Assembly (NCBI GenBank): GCA_015064855.1 | Contig: SVRK01000006.1 | Span: 6,698-70,697, forward strand | Source: Oscillospiraceae bacterium | GTDB lineage: Bacteria > Bacillota > Clostridia > Oscillospirales > CAG-272 | Direction of reading: 5' to 3' | Length of the DNA: 64,000 nucleotides | Shown: positions 1 through 8,613 of the stretch, in pieces | Layout: every line of letters starts with the position of its first letter | How positions within the stretch are numbered: the stretch's first letter is position 1 | Notes under the pieces: model-generated | Seen by the model: the letters and a program-made list of their open reading frames with translations, nothing else | Told to the model about the DNA's origin: nothing | The model's database searches: none | Made by a program: the position numbers and the translations under genes

Positions 1-1
1 A

Positions 2-376
2 AAGGATACATCTATTACCTCTTGTACTATAAATGAAAATACTAAATTTATACATAGTGAAGCGTTCAGAGGTTGCACAAGCTTGACAAGTGTAGCAATA
101 GGCGATAGTGTAACAAGTATAGGATACGGTGCGTTCTTGGGTTGCACAGGCTTGACAAGTATAACAATAGGCGATAGCGTAACAAGTATAGGAAGTGATG
201 CGTTCCGTGGTTGCACAAGCTTGACAATTTACTGCGAAGCGACAAGTGAACCAAGCGGTTGGTATTCAAACTGGAACAGTTCAAGTCGCCCTGTATATTG
301 GTATAGCGAAGAAGAGCCGACAAGAAGCGGCAACTATTGGCACTATGTTGACGGAGTAGTAACCGTTTGGGAATAA
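2..376 (+). CDS. BspA-type leucine-rich repeat protein, C-terminal part (5'-truncated at window edge)
   Basis: Frame is open from base 2 (KDTSITSCTINENTKFIHSEAFRGCTSLTSVAIGDSVTSIGYGAFLGCTGLTSITIGDSVTSIGSDAFRGCTSL). 23-aa/69-bp TpLRR repeats, then a Trp/Tyr-rich cap. Confidence 0.85.
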   Translation, partial: KDTSITSCTINENTKFIHSEAFRGCTSLTSVAIGDSVTSIGYGAFLGCTGLTSITIGDSVTSIGSDAFRGCTSLTIYCEATSEPSGWYSNWNSSSRPVYWYSEEEPTRSGNYWHYVDGVVTVWE

Positions 377-391
377 GAATCAAATAAAAAC

Positions 392-418
392 AAAAAGAGA
401 CCGCAGGGTCTCTTTTTT
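392..418 (+). terminator. Intrinsic terminator
   Basis: aaaaagagacc-gcag-ggtctcttttt hairpin with T-tract just after the stop codon. Confidence 0.75.
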
Positions 419-421
419 GTT

Positions 422-684
422 GCCTCCCTTTACAAGGGAGGCATGCGGGACGTCGAGGGCGCCGTCCCCTACGGCGTATTGTTAATTTTATTGGTTATTT
501 GTAGGGGAGTGGTTTCCGCTCCCGTTCTGTTTTTTGTTTTCTTTTGTTTTCGGGAAGAGCAAGCCCTTCCCCTACGATGTGCCGTTAATTTCATTTATCG
601 TTTGTAGGGGAGGTTATTCCCCTACGAGGGGAAATGTCGCGTTGCGACAAAAGGGTTGCGCCCTGCTAAGGGTATATCCTCCCG
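422..684. repeat. Cluster of GTAG-type REP sequences (446-472 rc, 501-524, 551-575 rc, 604-684 interrupted) plus double-hairpin element pieces (422-442, ~618-670)
   Basis: GTAGGGG-stem-loop-CCCG units in alternating orientation; 551-575 is near identical to the REP inside the RAYT gene. Confidence 0.8.
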
Positions 685-697
685 CTTTGCGCCCTTT

Positions 698-1189
698 TTA
701 ATTTAACCTTATCGCTTCAATAACTATATCAAATTCGTACTCCTCGGACAATATTTCTATGCGCTTTGGCAGCTCGTTTTTGCCGAGTGTTACTTTGTAC
801 GTGCCGAGGGAGCTTGTAAATTCCATACAGGTGGCTTCGCTTGTGCCGGTCACTGACCCAAGATTAGATTCGTCCAAGGAAAAAATAGATAAAATAGCAC
901 AAATTCCGTCTAAATTCATATTTTCAAAGGGAATTTCAACATCGCCCGCCCGTCCGATAATTTTTTCTCCCTCTTGTCTAAAAGATATGGAAGAAAGCGA
1001 GGACGGCTCTAAAAACGAAACGCTTTTTTCACTTTTTGTTTGGGTTACTGCGATTTTATATTCGTCATTCAAAAGGCACTCGGCATAAATATCTTTTTGT
1101 TGATATGATAAAATTCCATATCTCTGCCTGTGACATGCAGAGAGCGGTAAAAGACAGAGAATAGTTAGTAAAACAGCAAGCTTTTTCAA
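698..1189 (-). CDS. Hypothetical lipoprotein
   Basis: ORF 698-1237. Likely TTG start at 1189 after GAGGTG RBS, giving MKKLAVLLTILCLLPLSAC with lipobox LSAC. Confidence 0.6.
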   Translation of the reverse strand: MKKLAVLLTILCLLPLSACHRQRYGILSYQQKDIYAECLLNDEYKIAVTQTKSEKSVSFLEPSSLSSISFRQEGEKIIGRAGDVEIPFENMNLDGICAILSIFSLDESNLGSVTGTSEATCMEFTSSLGTYKVTLGKNELPKRIEILSEEYEFDIVIEAIRLN

Positions 1190-1229
1190 AAAAATCACCT
1201 CACAAAAGCATATGAGGTGATTTTTTATT

Positions 1230-3536
1230 TTATTCAAAAACTATAACGATAACGCTCATATCATCGCGCGTTTTTGCGTGGTGCTTTGCAAGAGATAGAA
1301 TTTCATTTGCTATATTTTCAGTGCTTTTTTCTTCGGTTTCCTTCAGATAGTCACAGAGCCAGCTGGAGTCCCCCTTGCCCGAGGCAATACCGTCGCTTAA
1401 CATAACGCAAATATCCCCGTGCTCAAACGAAAAGGATAATTTTTCCGCGTCTAAATTTCTCATAATTCCAATAGGTGCAGTTTTTGACATCAGCTTGAAA
1501 ACCTTGTCTCCACGCTTGATAAACGAGGGAGAAGCTCCGCTTTTTATAAAGCTTGCCCCCTTGCCGATTAAATCAATCTCAAGTAGGTCTATGCTTGATG
1601 AGCACTCCACACTTTTTGAGCGTACAAAGTTGTTAAGAATAGAGAGTGCAACCTCCTTTTCACTTGAAACCTTTAATATTTTTTCAAGGAAGGTTGTGCA
1701 CATCTCGGACGTTAGGTGCGCCTCGTCCCCTGTGCCCATTCCGTCACAAATTAGGAAATATTCCTTGTCGTTTCTTCCCTTGAAGGTGGAAATGCTGTCA
1801 CCGTTTGGCTCTTTACCAAATGAAACGGATTTTAAAGCACTTTGCGTTTTATATGAGGCAAGTCCATTAATTTCAAGAGTATAAATGCCGTCTTCTTCTG
1901 TCAAAATAGGTGCTTCTAACGGAATTTTCAATTCCGCCTCCAGATACGAGCATAGCTCCTCTTGCGAACAGCTTGACCTTTTGGGGTCAACGCCCGTTGC
2001 TATAATATGCTTTTTTGCCCCTCCCTTGACCTCGATTTTTTCGTAATAAAGACCAAGGCTGGACGCTATGCGCGATGCAATATCGGTATAGCGTAGGTTC
2101 TCCTCCTCATTTTCGTCGCTCAAAACCAAAAGGGAGTCTAGCATTTTAGAGGTCAATTCAAAATTACTTGCGCTTATGCTTAAGCGGTCGTTTTTTACAC
2201 TGTCTATGGTCATATTTTTTAAGCACCTTTCAATATCGGCTGTGATTTTTTCAACGTTTGGGCATCTGTGGATGAATTTTTCCTCAAGAGAACGCAAATC
2301 AATCTCGCTTTTTATAAATGCCTCGTCACTCATTTTTAGAATGTTCGCTTTTGTTGTTGGAACGTCACGCTTCCAACAAATATCGTTTTTGGGACAGGTG
2401 TAGCAGTAGCCCTCGGCAATTTCAAAGCTGCTTTTTTCAAGCGCTTTTCTTGTTGGATTTTTAGTTTTGCTTGACGTTTCGTATAGCATTTTTGAAATCT
2501 CCTCAAATGATAAGGACATATTTTTTAGGTCGTTTTTCGTTTTCTCGTCCTGTCTTTGAAGGACGATTTCAGAAACGCTTTTTGTTGCATCCTTCTTTGT
2601 AAGAAAGCTAGGGCGAGGTATTATTTCAAATTTCAAAATCGGATAGGCAATAAGCGAAGCACCCAAAATTTCAGGCAAAAGATAGGCAATAGCCTCGTAA
2701 CCGCTTGAAAAAATTGCGTATCCCATAACCAAGACAAACGAGAGCGTGATTGCAAGGGCGGAGGATAGCTTGAAAATAAGAGCACCGACAATTCCCGCTA
2801 TTGCATAAATAGGTGCAAATGCAATATTTCCGCAAATTCCCAAAAGTGCGCCCACAATAGCAGAAGCACCACCGGACACGTTTTTAGACACGTATAAAAT
2901 AATTAAATAGGAAAGAACTACTGATAAATCTATACCGCCAATTTCCCGTCCGCGTATAAGATAAATTATTGCAAATATAAACGTGCAGGACGCAATTTGA
3001 TATGCGCGCGTATGCTTTCCCTCAAACGCACCGGAAAAGCCATAAGTTAAAATCGAAGCAACGGCGGTAAAGAAAAACAGAGAGAATATATCAAAAAAAT
3101 CATATCCGTTTACAATAACGTGGTAAAGTCCAATTCCAAAGGCTGTAGCCAAGGAAATAAATATTCTTGTACGCACGTTTTCTTCAAAAAATCCCTCGAA
3201 AAGATGAGTGCTTGTCCGTTCACCTAAAAGCGGTAATTTTGAATCCGGCTTTTTTATTAAAGAAGCAATAACCCTTAAAATTAAAAGTGCGGAAAGCCCT
3301 ATAACGTAAACAAGGTCACCCTTCATAAAAATAAATATAGAGGATAATGAACCTGCGTATGCAAAAATCGTGTATTTTGTAGATGCTGAAAGCAGGGCAA
3401 TTCCAAATGGGTAAACGCCCATAGCGAAGCGCATAGGCGTGAAGAAAAAGCCAAGTAAAAAGACAAGACATTCGCAAATTATCATTTTTACGTCTTGGTT
3501 TTCCTTAATCTTTTTTAAAACGTTTATTTTAACCAT
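1230..3536 (-). CDS. spoIIE: SpoIIE-like membrane PP2C phosphatase
   Basis: About 10 N-terminal TM helices; CxxCxxxxxC middle region; PP2C motifs NGD, ICDGMGTG, SDG, DDMS. Confidence 0.8.
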   Translation of the reverse strand: MVKINVLKKIKENQDVKMIICECLVFLLGFFFTPMRFAMGVYPFGIALLSASTKYTIFAYAGSLSSIFIFMKGDLVYVIGLSALLILRVIASLIKKPDSKLPLLGERTSTHLFEGFFEENVRTRIFISLATAFGIGLYHVIVNGYDFFDIFSLFFFTAVASILTYGFSGAFEGKHTRAYQIASCTFIFAIIYLIRGREIGGIDLSVVLSYLIILYVSKNVSGGASAIVGALLGICGNIAFAPIYAIAGIVGALIFKLSSALAITLSFVLVMGYAIFSSGYEAIAYLLPEILGASLIAYPILKFEIIPRPSFLTKKDATKSVSEIVLQRQDEKTKNDLKNMSLSFEEISKMLYETSSKTKNPTRKALEKSSFEIAEGYCYTCPKNDICWKRDVPTTKANILKMSDEAFIKSEIDLRSLEEKFIHRCPNVEKITADIERCLKNMTIDSVKNDRLSISASNFELTSKMLDSLLVLSDENEEENLRYTDIASRIASSLGLYYEKIEVKGGAKKHIIATGVDPKRSSCSQEELCSYLEAELKIPLEAPILTEEDGIYTLEINGLASYKTQSALKSVSFGKEPNGDSISTFKGRNDKEYFLICDGMGTGDEAHLTSEMCTTFLEKILKVSSEKEVALSILNNFVRSKSVECSSSIDLLEIDLIGKGASFIKSGASPSFIKRGDKVFKLMSKTAPIGIMRNLDAEKLSFSFEHGDICVMLSDGIASGKGDSSWLCDYLKETEEKSTENIANEILSLAKHHAKTRDDMSVIVIVFE

Positions 3537-3560
3537 AATATCTCCTTGATTTTTTCTTTA

Positions 3561-3607
3561 AGTATAACCACCATACGGCATAAATTTTGTCGCTTTACGC
3601 TGTCGAA
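3561..3607 (-). promoter_or_regulatory. Putative Spo0A-dependent spoIIE promoter region
   Basis: -10-like TATACT (3561-3566, minus strand). Exact 0A box TGTCGAA at 3601-3607 and a degenerate TGTCGCT near 3588. Confidence 0.45.
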
Positions 3608-3709
3608 CGAATTTTTCATAATTTTAAGAAAATCTTAATATCATATTGTATTTGAAATTTAAAAATGATATAATCAAAATGGTGCAAATAATGCACTAAA
3701 GGAGAAAAT

Positions 3710-4180
3710 ATGGCGAAAGAAATTACGTGTTGCTTCACAGGACACAGGGACCTTGGCGCTTCCTTTAAAAAAGAGGACTTGAAAAGCGCGATTGAGGGAC
3801 TTATTGACCGTGGAGTTAAGATATTTATAGCGGGTGGAGCGCTTGGCTTTGATACCGAGGCTGCGCTTGAGGTTTTAAGACAGAGAAAAAAAGGCAAGGA
3901 CGTCGAGCTTCATATTTACGCACCTTGTCAGGAGCAGTCGAAAAGATTCTCGTTTTGGGACAAAATGCTTTATAACAAAATTTTAAAGCATGCAAATTAC
4001 GTTGACATGCCTGAAAGAACTTATTTTGATGGCTGTATGAAGATAAGAAACTATAAAATGGTTGACGCGTCAAGCTACGTTATCGCATACTATTCGGGGC
4101 AGTTTAAGTCGGGCACGGGTCAAACCGTTAGATATGCTGAAAGATGCGGACTTGAAATAATAAATTTATATAAGGAATAA
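3710..4180 (+). CDS. DUF1273/YspA-like SLOG family protein
   Basis: CCFTGHR, GGALGFD, RNYKMVD and SGTGQTVRYA motifs. Confidence 0.8.
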   Translation: MAKEITCCFTGHRDLGASFKKEDLKSAIEGLIDRGVKIFIAGGALGFDTEAALEVLRQRKKGKDVELHIYAPCQEQSKRFSFWDKMLYNKILKHANYVDMPERTYFDGCMKIRNYKMVDASSYVIAYYSGQFKSGTGQTVRYAERCGLEIINLYKE

Positions 4181-4182
4181 TT

Positions 4183-4761
4183 ATGGAAAAGGTTAGTTGG
4201 CGTGGTGGGGCTTTGGTTGCTCCTGTGCCTGCTGTTATGGTGTCACTTGGGGACATGGAAAAATCGAATATAATAACGGTTGCTTGGTGCGGCATAACTA
4301 ACACAGTGCCACCAAAAACCTATATTTCGGTGCGACCCGAGCGTCATTCATATGAAATATTAAAGAAAAAAAGAGAGTTTGTTATAAATCTAACGCCGTC
4401 CTCTCTTACTAAAAAAGCAGACTATTGCGGTATGTTTACAGGACGCAAGGTTGACAAATTCAAGGAGTGTGGATTTACAAAGGAAAAAGCGTCAAAAATT
4501 GATGCGCCAATGATAGGGGAGTGCCCAATTTCAATAGAATGTAAGGTTACTGATATAATTCCACTCGGCTCGCACGATATGTTCCTTGCCGACATTGTGG
4601 CGGTAAACGTAGAGAGGTCACTTTTAGAGGGCGATAAGCTCTGTATAAATCGTGCACATCTTTGCGCCTTTGCCCATGGGGAATATTATAAATTGGGCGA
4701 AAGAATTGGTAAATTCGGTTTTTCTGTAAAAAAGAAAAAGCCGATAAACAAGAAAAAATGA
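4183..4761 (+). CDS. Flavin reductase family protein
   Basis: PVPAVMVS, ISVRPERHS, EFVIN and GSHDMF motifs. Confidence 0.85.
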   Translation: MEKVSWRGGALVAPVPAVMVSLGDMEKSNIITVAWCGITNTVPPKTYISVRPERHSYEILKKKREFVINLTPSSLTKKADYCGMFTGRKVDKFKECGFTKEKASKIDAPMIGECPISIECKVTDIIPLGSHDMFLADIVAVNVERSLLEGDKLCINRAHLCAFAHGEYYKLGERIGKFGFSVKKKKPINKKK

Positions 4762-4809
4762 GCCTCCTTTGTAAAGGGAGGTGTCTGCCCTTGGGCAGAC
4801 GGAGGGATT
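4762..4809 (+). repeat. Double-hairpin palindromic element
   Basis: gcctcctttgtaaagggagg-tgtctgcccttgggcagac-ggagggatt, abutting the stop codon; related copies at 7630, 33957 and 7511 (rc). Confidence 0.75.
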
Positions 4810-4879
4810 TTTTCTAAATATAAATTCTAAATTAATAAGGGTGTTACCCATTAAAATAAACAACAAGGAGAAAAAGAAA

Positions 4880-5533
4880 ATGATTTTTCAAAACGGAGAC
4901 AGAATAGTATTTGCAGGAGATTCAGTTACCGACTGTGGCAGAAAACGCCCATACGGAGAAGGACTTTGGGAGGGACTTGGAAACGGCTATGTTCGTATGG
5001 TTGACTCAAACCTCGCAATTGATTATCCCGATAGATTTTTACATATAACAAACGTAGGCGAGAGTGGTGCGGCAAGCAAGGATATGCTTGCTCACTGGGA
5101 AAATAACGTTGAAGCGTGCAAGCCTGACTGGGTATTTGTTATGATAGGCGCAAATGACGTTTGGCGTCAATTTGACGAGCCAAATCTTGACAATAGCCTT
5201 TTAATGCCCGACTGCTACCGTGCTAACCTCGAGGCGGTTTGCGAGCGCACTCTTCCAAAGGTAAAGGGTATGTTTATTATCAGCCCATTCTACATGGAAG
5301 CAAACGATAACGACCCAATGAAAAAAATGATGGTAGAATACGCAAGCATTTGCCGTGAGGTAGTTGAAAAGTACGCAGAGAAGTACAACATTAAGTACAT
5401 AGACGTACAGGAGGACTTTAATAACCACCTAAAATTCCGTTACCCTGCTTATATCTCATGGGATAGAGTTCATCCTAACTGGGTTGGCGGAATGATTATT
5501 GCACGTAAAATACTCAAAGCAATCGAAGCTTGA
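4880..5533 (+). CDS. SGNH/GDSL hydrolase
   Basis: GDSVT, GANDVW and DRVHP motifs; ATG at 4880 after AAGGAG. Confidence 0.85.
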   Translation: MIFQNGDRIVFAGDSVTDCGRKRPYGEGLWEGLGNGYVRMVDSNLAIDYPDRFLHITNVGESGAASKDMLAHWENNVEACKPDWVFVMIGANDVWRQFDEPNLDNSLLMPDCYRANLEAVCERTLPKVKGMFIISPFYMEANDNDPMKKMMVEYASICREVVEKYAEKYNIKYIDVQEDFNNHLKFRYPAYISWDRVHPNWVGGMIIARKILKAIEA

Positions 5534-5544
5534 TAAAGGACGTT

Positions 5545-5885
5545 GACACAAAGGCATAAACACAGCCGAAAAATAATTAAGGTGTATCGTTTTGGGTACA
5601 CCTTTTGCTTTTTATAATGTTGAAAAGCCAAGGCTTTTCTTCCAATAATCGGCTGTTATCGTCGATTTTCGCTCTACCGTACAAAGTACGCCTACGCTTG
5701 AAAATCGACGATTTCTGCTCTTTGTCTCTTCGTCCTGTCGAAGTTGGGCGGTCGCACTCGCCCATTTCCACTCGCCACCTCTTCGCCCGGTTGAAGCATA
5801 CGCCTTCGGAAAAACTCACCAATTTTTCCGCCCTGTCTCTTCGCCAAAATGAAATTGCTTTTGTAGGGGCGACCATTGGTCGTCC
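5545..5885 (+). repeat. Composite repeat (CTCTACCGTAC core family) followed by a GTAG REP
   Basis: Core ctctaccgtacaaagtacgcc 5672-5692 is identical to 32090-32110. REP 5861-5885 is identical to 32703-32727. Confidence 0.75.
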
Positions 5886-5953
5886 TTTTTCATATTGACA
5901 ACCACCCGTGTTTGATTTATAATTAAATCAAGTATATTTTTGCGAGGTAATTT

Positions 5954-7501
5954 ATGGTAAGTATAGCGTATAGTGCGGGGCTTTTTGGCATTGACGGATA
6001 TTTGGTAACGGTTGAGTGCCATTCAGCGAGGCGTCTTTCTTGCTTTGAGATAGTAGGCTTGCCCGACAATGCAATAAAAGAGGCAAAGGAAAGGGTTAGG
6101 GCTGCCGCCATTAACTCAGGTCTTCCATTCCCACAAAACGAAATAATAGTGAACTTAGCTCCTGCCGACAAAAGAAAAGAGGGCTCGTCCTTTGACCTTG
6201 CAATTTTAATCAGCATCTTATCAAGCGGTGGGGTCTTTGACAAGCCCGAGCTTTTAGAGGACTCCTGCTTTATCGGAGAGCTATCTCTGTCGGGCGAGGT
6301 GCGCCGCACAAACGGAGCTTTATGTATGGCGGTTGCCGCCAAAAACGCAGGTAAGAAAAAGCTTTTTGTAGCCAAGGAAAACGCAAAAGAGGCAAGTGTT
6401 GTTGAAGGTCTTACTGTTTATGGTGTCAGAAACGTAAACGATATAGTAAACCACTTTAACGGAGTTAAGGAAATAACGCCCGAAATTTGCGAGCCGTTTG
6501 AGAGAAGCAAGGATTTACAATATCCCGATTTTGCAGACGTTATGGGTCAGGCACTTGTTAAACGCGCGGTGGAAATTGCCGCAGCGGGCGGACACAACAT
6601 TCTTTTGATAGGCCCACCCGGTACAGGCAAATCAATGATAGCCAAGCGCATACCATCAATTTTGCCGGAAATGACCTTTGACGAGTCTATTGAAACGACA
6701 AAAATACATTCCGTGTCGGGAATTTTGCCCGAAAACGTGTCCTTAATTAAGGAAAGACCGTTCCGTTCCCCACACCATACAATGTCAGCACCGTCACTCG
6801 TTGGTGGTGGCAAAATACCACAGCCGGGCGAGGTGTCTCTTGCCAATAACGGCGTTTTGTTCCTTGACGAATTGCCCGAGTTTAACCGCACAGTTACCGA
6901 GTCGCTCCGTCAACCGCTTGAGGACGGAAAAATTACAATCACAAGAACTGCGGGACGCATAACCTACCCTTGCTCATTTATGCTCGTTGCCGCTATGAAC
7001 CCTTGTAAATGCGGATATTACGGGCATCCAACCCACGAATGTACCTGTAAAAAAGAGGACATAAAGAAATACATTTCAAAAATCAGCGGACCACTTCTTG
7101 ATAGAGTAGATATTCAAATCGAGGTGCCGTCACTTGACTATACCGAAATTGCCGAGCGCAAAAAGGCGGAGCCGTCAAGTGAAATCAGAAAACGTGTAAA
7201 TAAAGCAAGACAAATTATGCAGGTGCGTTTCCAAGACGACCAAACGGAAAATGGTGTGAAAATCACAAGAAACGCACAAATGGAGTCAAAGCATCTTCGC
7301 AAATATTGTGCGCTTTCAAGCGATTGCTCCGCACTTATGGAAAGAGCCTTTAAGGCGCTTGGATTGTCCGCCCGCGGACACGATAGAATCTTGCGCCTAG
7401 CAAGAACAATTGCCGACCTTGATTCAAGCGAGGAGATAAAGCCGAACCACATAGCAGAGGCAATAGGGCTTCGCTCACTCGACAAAAAATATTTTAATTA
7501 A
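5954..7501 (+). CDS. comM: YifB/ComM Mg-chelatase-like AAA+ ATPase
   Basis: IVGLPD, NLAPAD, GPPGTGKS, RSPHH, LFLDELPEF, NPCKCG and LSARGHDRILRLARTIADL motifs. Confidence 0.92.
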   Translation: MVSIAYSAGLFGIDGYLVTVECHSARRLSCFEIVGLPDNAIKEAKERVRAAAINSGLPFPQNEIIVNLAPADKRKEGSSFDLAILISILSSGGVFDKPELLEDSCFIGELSLSGEVRRTNGALCMAVAAKNAGKKKLFVAKENAKEASVVEGLTVYGVRNVNDIVNHFNGVKEITPEICEPFERSKDLQYPDFADVMGQALVKRAVEIAAAGGHNILLIGPPGTGKSMIAKRIPSILPEMTFDESIETTKIHSVSGILPENVSLIKERPFRSPHHTMSAPSLVGGGKIPQPGEVSLANNGVLFLDELPEFNRTVTESLRQPLEDGKITITRTAGRITYPCSFMLVAAMNPCKCGYYGHPTHECTCKKEDIKKYISKISGPLLDRVDIQIEVPSLDYTEIAERKKAEPSSEIRKRVNKARQIMQVRFQDDQTENGVKITRNAQMESKHLRKYCALSSDCSALMERAFKALGLSARGHDRILRLARTIADLDSSEEIKPNHIAEAIGLRSLDKKYFN

Positions 7502-7674
7502 AAAGAGAAACACCTCATCCACCGCTTACAAAGAAAAACGCAAATATAGTACGGTGGTTGCGGTCCCCCTTCTCCCACTGGAGAAGGCGAAAAGGGCTTC
7601 GCTCACTTGACAAAAAATACTTTAACTAAGGCTCCTTTGTAAAGGGAGCTGTCGCCATTGGCGACTGAGGGATT
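7465..7674 (+). repeat. Duplicated comM 3' end (7465-7501 / 7593-7629) interleaved with two double-hairpin elements (7511-7588, 7630-7674)
   Basis: 37-bp direct repeat, 34/37 identical, all three differences synonymous. Confidence 0.85.
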
Positions 7675-7680
7675 TAAAAC

Positions 7681-7890
7681 ATGAAAAAGAACAAAATTTT
7701 AAAAATTAAATTAAGCGAGGACGTTGCAAAGAAATTTGCAGTAGTTTCCGAGAATGAAAAAATGACTCTCCAAAACGAAATCCTTCAAATGATTCGTCAA
7801 AAAATCTCATATTACGAAAGAGTAAAGGGTAACATTAAAAGGGAAGCCCTCGACTCCGCCAATATGACGGAATATACAGACGAGGAATAA
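7681..7890 (+). CDS. Small hypothetical protein, possibly ribbon-helix-helix/Arc-like
   Basis: 69-aa ORF with a beta-strand-like LKIKLS followed by helices; TAATG overlap with the downstream RAYT. Confidence 0.55.
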   Translation: MKKNKILKIKLSEDVAKKFAVVSENEKMTLQNEILQMIRQKISYYERVKGNIKREALDSANMTEYTDEE

Positions 7891-8390
7891 TGGAAAACAC
7901 GGATTTTCCAAAAAGAAAACCAAATAGGTTAGGTGGGTTTGATTATAGCACACCAAAAGGCTATTTTATAACAATTTGCACCGAAAATAGAAGTAAGATT
8001 TTATCTACCATTGTAGGGGAGGGGCTTGCTCCTCCCGAAATACAATTAACACAGTATGGCAAAATTGTAAAAGAACAATTATTATTGCTAGAAAATAGAT
8101 ATTCTAATTTACAAATAGATTCTTATGCTATAATGCCAAATCATATACATATAATATTTGTTTTGCTTGAAAACACGGGAGGAGCAAGCCCCTCCCCTAC
8201 AATATCAGATATTGTTTGTGCATTTAAATCTCAATGCGTGCGAAATTGTAGGAGAACAGGCTTCGAGGGAAAGCTTTTCCAACGCTCCTTTCACGACCAC
8301 ATAATAAGAAACCAAAACGACTACGAGGAAATATCAAAATACATCTACGAAAACCCGATTAATTGGAAAATGGATGAATTTTACAGTTAA
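7890..8390 (+). mobile_element. REP-associated tyrosine transposase (RAYT/TnpA-REP, HUH Y1 family)
   Basis: RLxxFDYS, YFITICT, MPNHIH (HUH), QRSFHDHIIRN and YIYENP (catalytic Tyr) motifs; contains internal REP pair. Confidence 0.9.
8010..8203. repeat. Perfect 28-bp inverted repeat (REP pair) inside the RAYT ORF
   Basis: attgtaggggaggggcttgctcctcccg at 8010-8037 and its exact reverse complement at 8176-8203. Confidence 0.92.
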
Positions 8391-8413
8391 AGCCCGAGAA
8401 AATCGGGCTTTTT
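8389..8413 (+). terminator. Intrinsic terminator
   Basis: aaagcccga-gaaaa-tcgggcttttt. Confidence 0.7.
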
Positions 8414-8613
8414 GTATTTTATGTTAGATAAGAAATAAAATTTACTCTTAATTCTATATAAATATTACAAAAATTTAAAAAATAGCATATTTCTCTTGAA
8501 ATTTTATATTAAAAGTGCTATTATAACTATGAACGTGCTCGCGCACGTGATTTTTCTGCGCGTATTTTTCGCGTTTTTGATGTTGCAAAAAAATAAAACT
8601 GGAGGGTTTTTTT

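Noticed and set aside
2-376. Diversity-generating retroelement target
   Set aside because: No reverse transcriptase or adenine-variant TR/VR pair in the window; the repeats are ordinary LRR coding repeats.
7890-8390. Classical IS200/IS605 element
   Set aside because: No tnpB and no typical subterminal IS ends; motifs and GTAG REPs fit RAYT better.
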